A DNA stretch of 59,075 bases, the filler included. It is 6 parts of 6 records of this genome, joined end to end, with 100 filler letters (N's around TTAATTAATTAA, not from the genome) between each part and the next. Parts side by side here need not be neighbours in the genome. Positions count along the whole stretch, not along the records: positions 42,256 to 59,075 come from SRR31156797_17274; 5 more parts are not named here. One strand, written 5' to 3'. Below, in pieces: positions 55,633-59,075 of this stretch. A program made the translations under genes and the position numbers. Numbering within the stretch: the first letter of the stretch is position 1; each line of letters opens with the position of its first letter. Below the pieces are notes generated by a model. That model did no database searches. It worked only from the letters and a program-made list of their open reading frames with translations, and had not been told where the DNA came from.

Positions 55633-56523
55633 ATGACGCTCAAAAGCAAAACCGGTGACGAGGTTTTCGGGACAGTACTGCTCCTGCCTTCGATCCTGAT
55701 CGTCGGAGGATTTATCTTCCTCCCCGTTGTGCAGTCCGTTTTTTACAGCTTCTTCAACTACAAGCTGAGCCGTAAGAAGGTTCCTCTGGACTGGAACAAT
55801 TTTGAAAACTACAGATCCCTCTGGGAATCGGGCAAGCTGCAGAACGCCTTCGGCATCACCTTCAGCTTTATGCTTATGGTGGTTCTGGCCGTATTCGTCC
55901 TCGGCCTTCTGATGGCCCTGTTTATGAACCGCGGCAAGTCGGGTGAACGGATCAGCCGCTCCCTGGCCCTCCTGCCCTGGGGCACCCCCACGGTGATCGT
56001 GGCCCTGCTCTGGTCCTGGATGTTCCAGGGAGAGTACGGCGTGGTCAACTTTATCCTTCTGAAACTGCATATAATCGCCGAGCCTCTGAGCTTTCTGGTG
56101 AATCCCGATACAGCCCTGGGCTCTGTGGCCGTGGCCGCCATATGGAGGCAGCTGCCCTTCATGTTCATCATGCTTCTGGCCGGCCTCCAGGGCATCCCCG
56201 GCGAGATGTACGAGGCCGCCCATATAGACGGAGCCTCTCCCCTGGCCGCCTTCCGGCATATCACCCTGCCGTTCCTGAGGAATGTGATCCGGTCCAGCAT
56301 CCTGGTGACGATCATCACCAACTTCAAGCAGTTCCCCCTGTTCTGGACCATGACCGGAGGAGGCCCCATGGGTAGAACCGAAACCCTGGCGGTCCTGACC
56401 TATAAGAATGCCTTCGGAAACCTGAACTTCGGTGTGGGGGCCGCCGTCGCCGCCGCCTGGATGGCCGTGCTGATCGTGTTCTCCCTGCTTTATAACAGAA
56501 TCTTCAAGGAGGCGGAGTACTGA
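55633..56523 (+). CDS. Sugar ABC permease (MalF-like)
   Basis: EAA loop MYEAAHIDGAS, HITLPFL, MTGGGP. Confidence 0.94.
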   Translation: MTLKSKTGDEVFGTVLLLPSILIVGGFIFLPVVQSVFYSFFNYKLSRKKVPLDWNNFENYRSLWESGKLQNAFGITFSFMLMVVLAVFVLGLLMALFMNRGKSGERISRSLALLPWGTPTVIVALLWSWMFQGEYGVVNFILLKLHIIAEPLSFLVNPDTALGSVAVAAIWRQLPFMFIMLLAGLQGIPGEMYEAAHIDGASPLAAFRHITLPFLRNVIRSSILVTIITNFKQFPLFWTMTGGGPMGRTETLAVLTYKNAFGNLNFGVGAAVAAAWMAVLIVFSLLYNRIFKEAEY

Positions 56524-56524
56524 T

Positions 56525-57361
56525 ATGAAAACGAAAATCAGACCTATGACCGCTCTGTCCGCCATCGTGATCACGGTCCTCTCCCTGTTTCTCCTCTTTC
56601 CCCTCTACTGGATGATCGTCACATCCTTCAAGAGCAATATGGATATCTACAGATTTCCGCCCCAGTTCCTGCCGGTGAACTTCACCATGGAACACTACAG
56701 GGCGATCTTCGAGGACGCTTCGGTTCCCCTCTACCTGTTCAACAACCTCTTCGTATCCGCCGGAACGACGGTCGTCACTCTGGCGGCCGCCGCCCTGGCG
56801 GGTTACTCCCTTTCCCGCTATTCCACCCCCTTCGGGGAATTTGTGAAAACCGCTCTCCTTTCCACCCAGATGTTCCCCATCGTGGGACTCATCCTGGCCC
56901 TCTATATGATCTTCCGGAACATGGGGCTGATCAACACGAGCGCCAGCCTGATCCTCTCTCTGGCGGCGGTAACCATCCCGTTTTCCACCATCCTGATCAA
57001 GGGCTTCTTCGACGACATCCCCCGGTCCCTGGAGGAGGCCGCCCGGATTGACGGATGCTCCCGTTTCCGCACCCTGCTCTCCATTATAATGCCCCTGGCC
57101 AAGCCGGGGATGCTGGCGATCGGACTGTTCACCTTCATGCAGGCCTGGGACGATTTCCTCTTTGCCATCACCTTCATTCTGGAGGATGCGAAACGAACCC
57201 TGTCCTCTGGAATCGCCATGAAATTCCTGGGAGAGGTCTCCTACGACTGGGGCATGGTCACTTCGGTCTCCGTATCGGGGGTGCTGCCCATGTTTCTTCT
57301 GATCTTCCTGTTCCAGCGCCATATGGTCGCCGGACTCACCGCCGGTGCGGTAAAGGGCTAA
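56525..57361 (+). CDS. Sugar ABC permease (MalG-like)
   Basis: SLEEAARIDGCS, PLAKPG, FQRHMVAGLTAGAVKG. Confidence 0.94.
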   Translation: MKTKIRPMTALSAIVITVLSLFLLFPLYWMIVTSFKSNMDIYRFPPQFLPVNFTMEHYRAIFEDASVPLYLFNNLFVSAGTTVVTLAAAALAGYSLSRYSTPFGEFVKTALLSTQMFPIVGLILALYMIFRNMGLINTSASLILSLAAVTIPFSTILIKGFFDDIPRSLEEAARIDGCSRFRTLLSIIMPLAKPGMLAIGLFTFMQAWDDFLFAITFILEDAKRTLSSGIAMKFLGEVSYDWGMVTSVSVSGVLPMFLLIFLFQRHMVAGLTAGAVKG

Positions 57362-57365
57362 TCCA

Positions 57366-58973
57366 ATGAAAGCTGATAACTCCAAAAAAAATGACTTCCG
57401 AGAAAGCTATATCGACGAACTGACCGGAAAGGGCCCCTTCGGCCTGGATACCGGAAAAAAGAGACCCCATATTTTGCTGGTCACCATGGATATGGTCCCT
57501 CCCGAGTTCCACAACGGCGAGTGCTCCATGCGCACGCCCGTTCAGAGAGGCCTCGCCGATGAGGGGGCCGACTTCAGGAGATGCCACTCCACATCCCCCC
57601 TCTGCGGGCCCTCCCGGGCCTCCATCCTGACGGGACGCTACAGCTATATCACCGGGAACTCCGAACGGGCCCACGATGGTCATCAGACCCATCTGCGTCC
57701 GGATGACATTATCTGGCCCGAATACCTGAAGGCCGCCGGCTACCATTGCCGCCATATAGGCAAGTCCCATGTGGGGACAGAGCATTTCATGCGGGCCTTT
57801 TCAGAGAACAGCTCCCCCTGGGACCGCTGGTCGCCTCCCTGGTACAACGAGGACCTGTACATCCAGTTCCTGGCCGACAAGGGGCTGGAGCGCTTCAGCT
57901 TCGAAAAAGAGATCCGGGGGATGAGTTGGGACGGCGAAAGGAAGGGCAACTCCTACGGCGGCTGGCTGGCCGATCAGAAGGGAAAGCCCTTCCCCGAGGA
58001 CGCCCTTTATCCCTCCTTCCTTGTGGACAGGACTATCAATGCGATCCGGAACAGGGAGGCCGACGGCAAGCCCTTCTATATGCAGCTGGACTTCTTCGGC
58101 CCCCATCAGCCCTTCGCCATACCCGGAGGCTGGGAGGAAAGGGAGGCCGAGATCCGGAAGGACCTAAAGCTCCCTGAGAACTGGCTGGCCTGGGAGGCCG
58201 CAGGCTTCCCCTCCGGCTCGGATGATCCCAGGGTCTACGATATGTACCGGAAGAACTGGGGTATGCGCAGCCGGCAGGACCTGGAGGACTATCTCACGGC
58301 CAACCAGCTCCAGTACGAGATCCTGGATCATCAGCTGGGCCGTCTTTTCGACTACCTCAAAGCCGAGGATCTGTACGATGACACCATGATCATCTTCACC
58401 GCAGACCACGGCGAGATGAACGGCCGCAAGGGCTGTGTCGACAAGGGAGCCTATCTGAATCCCCAGGTGCTTCGCGTTCCCCTCCATCTGAAGCCCGCCG
58501 CGGGACAGCCCGTTTCCCCGGGAACCACGGTGGATACGGTCTGCTCCCTGCTGGATATCGCTCCCACTGTCTATGAGGCCGCGGGGCTCCGCATCCCGTC
58601 CAGAACCGACGGAGTCAGCTTCTTCCAGACCGCAGCCGGTACCGAACGTCCCGGGGACAAGCCCGTTATGTTCGATGTATGGAACCATGTCGTTCCCAAT
58701 CCCTGCGCGGGGGCCGTGGTCTCTGTGGACGGCGATGAGTACATATACAGTTACAATACCACCGCGGCCCGGGATGAGCTTTACGCCCTGAACGACGGCG
58801 ACAGGCTGAACAATATAATCGATGCCGATTCCCGATTGACCAACGCCGCCCGGCGTCAGATGCTGAAGATCCTTTCCGCGGACATTCGCTGGGATGTGTA
58901 CAATTGCTACTTCAAGCTTGAATACGCCGCCCAGCTGGGACTGAAGCCCGGAGATAACCAGAAATTTGAATAG
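57366..58973 (+). CDS. Cys-type sulfatase-family protein, divergent
   Basis: RPHILLVTMD, CGPSRASILTG, GKSH, GPHQP, ADHGEM; no signal peptide. Confidence 0.88.
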   Translation: MKADNSKKNDFRESYIDELTGKGPFGLDTGKKRPHILLVTMDMVPPEFHNGECSMRTPVQRGLADEGADFRRCHSTSPLCGPSRASILTGRYSYITGNSERAHDGHQTHLRPDDIIWPEYLKAAGYHCRHIGKSHVGTEHFMRAFSENSSPWDRWSPPWYNEDLYIQFLADKGLERFSFEKEIRGMSWDGERKGNSYGGWLADQKGKPFPEDALYPSFLVDRTINAIRNREADGKPFYMQLDFFGPHQPFAIPGGWEEREAEIRKDLKLPENWLAWEAAGFPSGSDDPRVYDMYRKNWGMRSRQDLEDYLTANQLQYEILDHQLGRLFDYLKAEDLYDDTMIIFTADHGEMNGRKGCVDKGAYLNPQVLRVPLHLKPAAGQPVSPGTTVDTVCSLLDIAPTVYEAAGLRIPSRTDGVSFFQTAAGTERPGDKPVMFDVWNHVVPNPCAGAVVSVDGDEYIYSYNTTAARDELYALNDGDRLNNIIDADSRLTNAARRQMLKILSADIRWDVYNCYFKLEYAAQLGLKPGDNQKFE

Positions 58974-58994
58974 GATCTCTCCGTAACTCCTTCT

Positions 58995-59030
58995 GCCGCA
59001 GCGGGCTTTCTCCTTCCGCTGCGGCCTTTT
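58995..59030 (+). terminator. Intrinsic terminator
   Basis: GCCGCAGCGG-11 nt loop-CCGCTGCGGC-CTTTT after the sulfatase stop. Confidence 0.75.
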
Positions 59031-59075
59031 CGGGTTATAATGGGGGCATGGAAAGGCGCTCCGGTCCTGTCCGAA

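Noticed and set aside
54183-56574. 421-aa and 332-aa - strand ORFs
   Set aside because: Antisense shadows of the SBP and permease; the first would also run through the operator and promoter.

Overview
The window is not one locus. It is six unrelated contigs joined by artificial 100-nt spacers (N44-TTAATTAATTAA-N44) at 14406-14505, 20072-20171, 25705-25804, 36510-36609 and 42156-42255, so nothing should be inferred across the spacers. Taxonomic labels below are inferred from gene order, composition and protein style. (1) 1-14405, GC-rich alphaproteobacterial (Rhodospirillales-like) housekeeping region: EnvZ/OmpR-like pair, Zn alcohol dehydrogenase, MarR, ilvE, LOG, HAD, mobB-moeA-moaD-moaE, pgsA, uvrC, folB, SDR, rppH and a divergent polysaccharide deacetylase. 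A DnaA-box trio plus IHF site resembling a DARS core lies upstream of uvrC. (2) 14506-20071, AT-rich Bacteroidota: DUF4848-like lipoprotein, DUF4249-like lipoprotein and a TonB-dependent receptor, bracketed by a ~50-bp hairpin-forming direct repeat. (3) 20172-25704, GC-rich (possibly Planctomycetota): glpK, glpF, polysaccharide deacetylase, pilin-like protein and a 5'-truncated LRR-Roc-COR-TIR (Roco-TIR) immune-receptor-like gene. (4) 25805-36509, Desulfobacterota-like: fadE-thiolase, corC-lnt-prfB (+1 frameshift), dGTPase, valS. (5) 36610-42155, spirochaete-like: PC4/YdbC, radical SAM, SGNH+MBOAT O-acetylation pair, MFS. (6) 42256-59075, spirochaete-like sulfated-sugar locus: three Cys-type sulfatases, two sugar ABC importers, membrane-anchored AraC and LacI regulators with readable operators and promoters. 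No rRNA, tRNA, CRISPR array, transposase or integrase was seen. Best leads are the Roco-TIR gene with its 66-bp LRR repeats, the DARS-like element, the repeat-flanked Bacteroidota outer-membrane module, the glycosaminoglycan-type import/desulfation operon with a homopolymer in its promoter spacer, and a HAD gene that appears to start at ATT.
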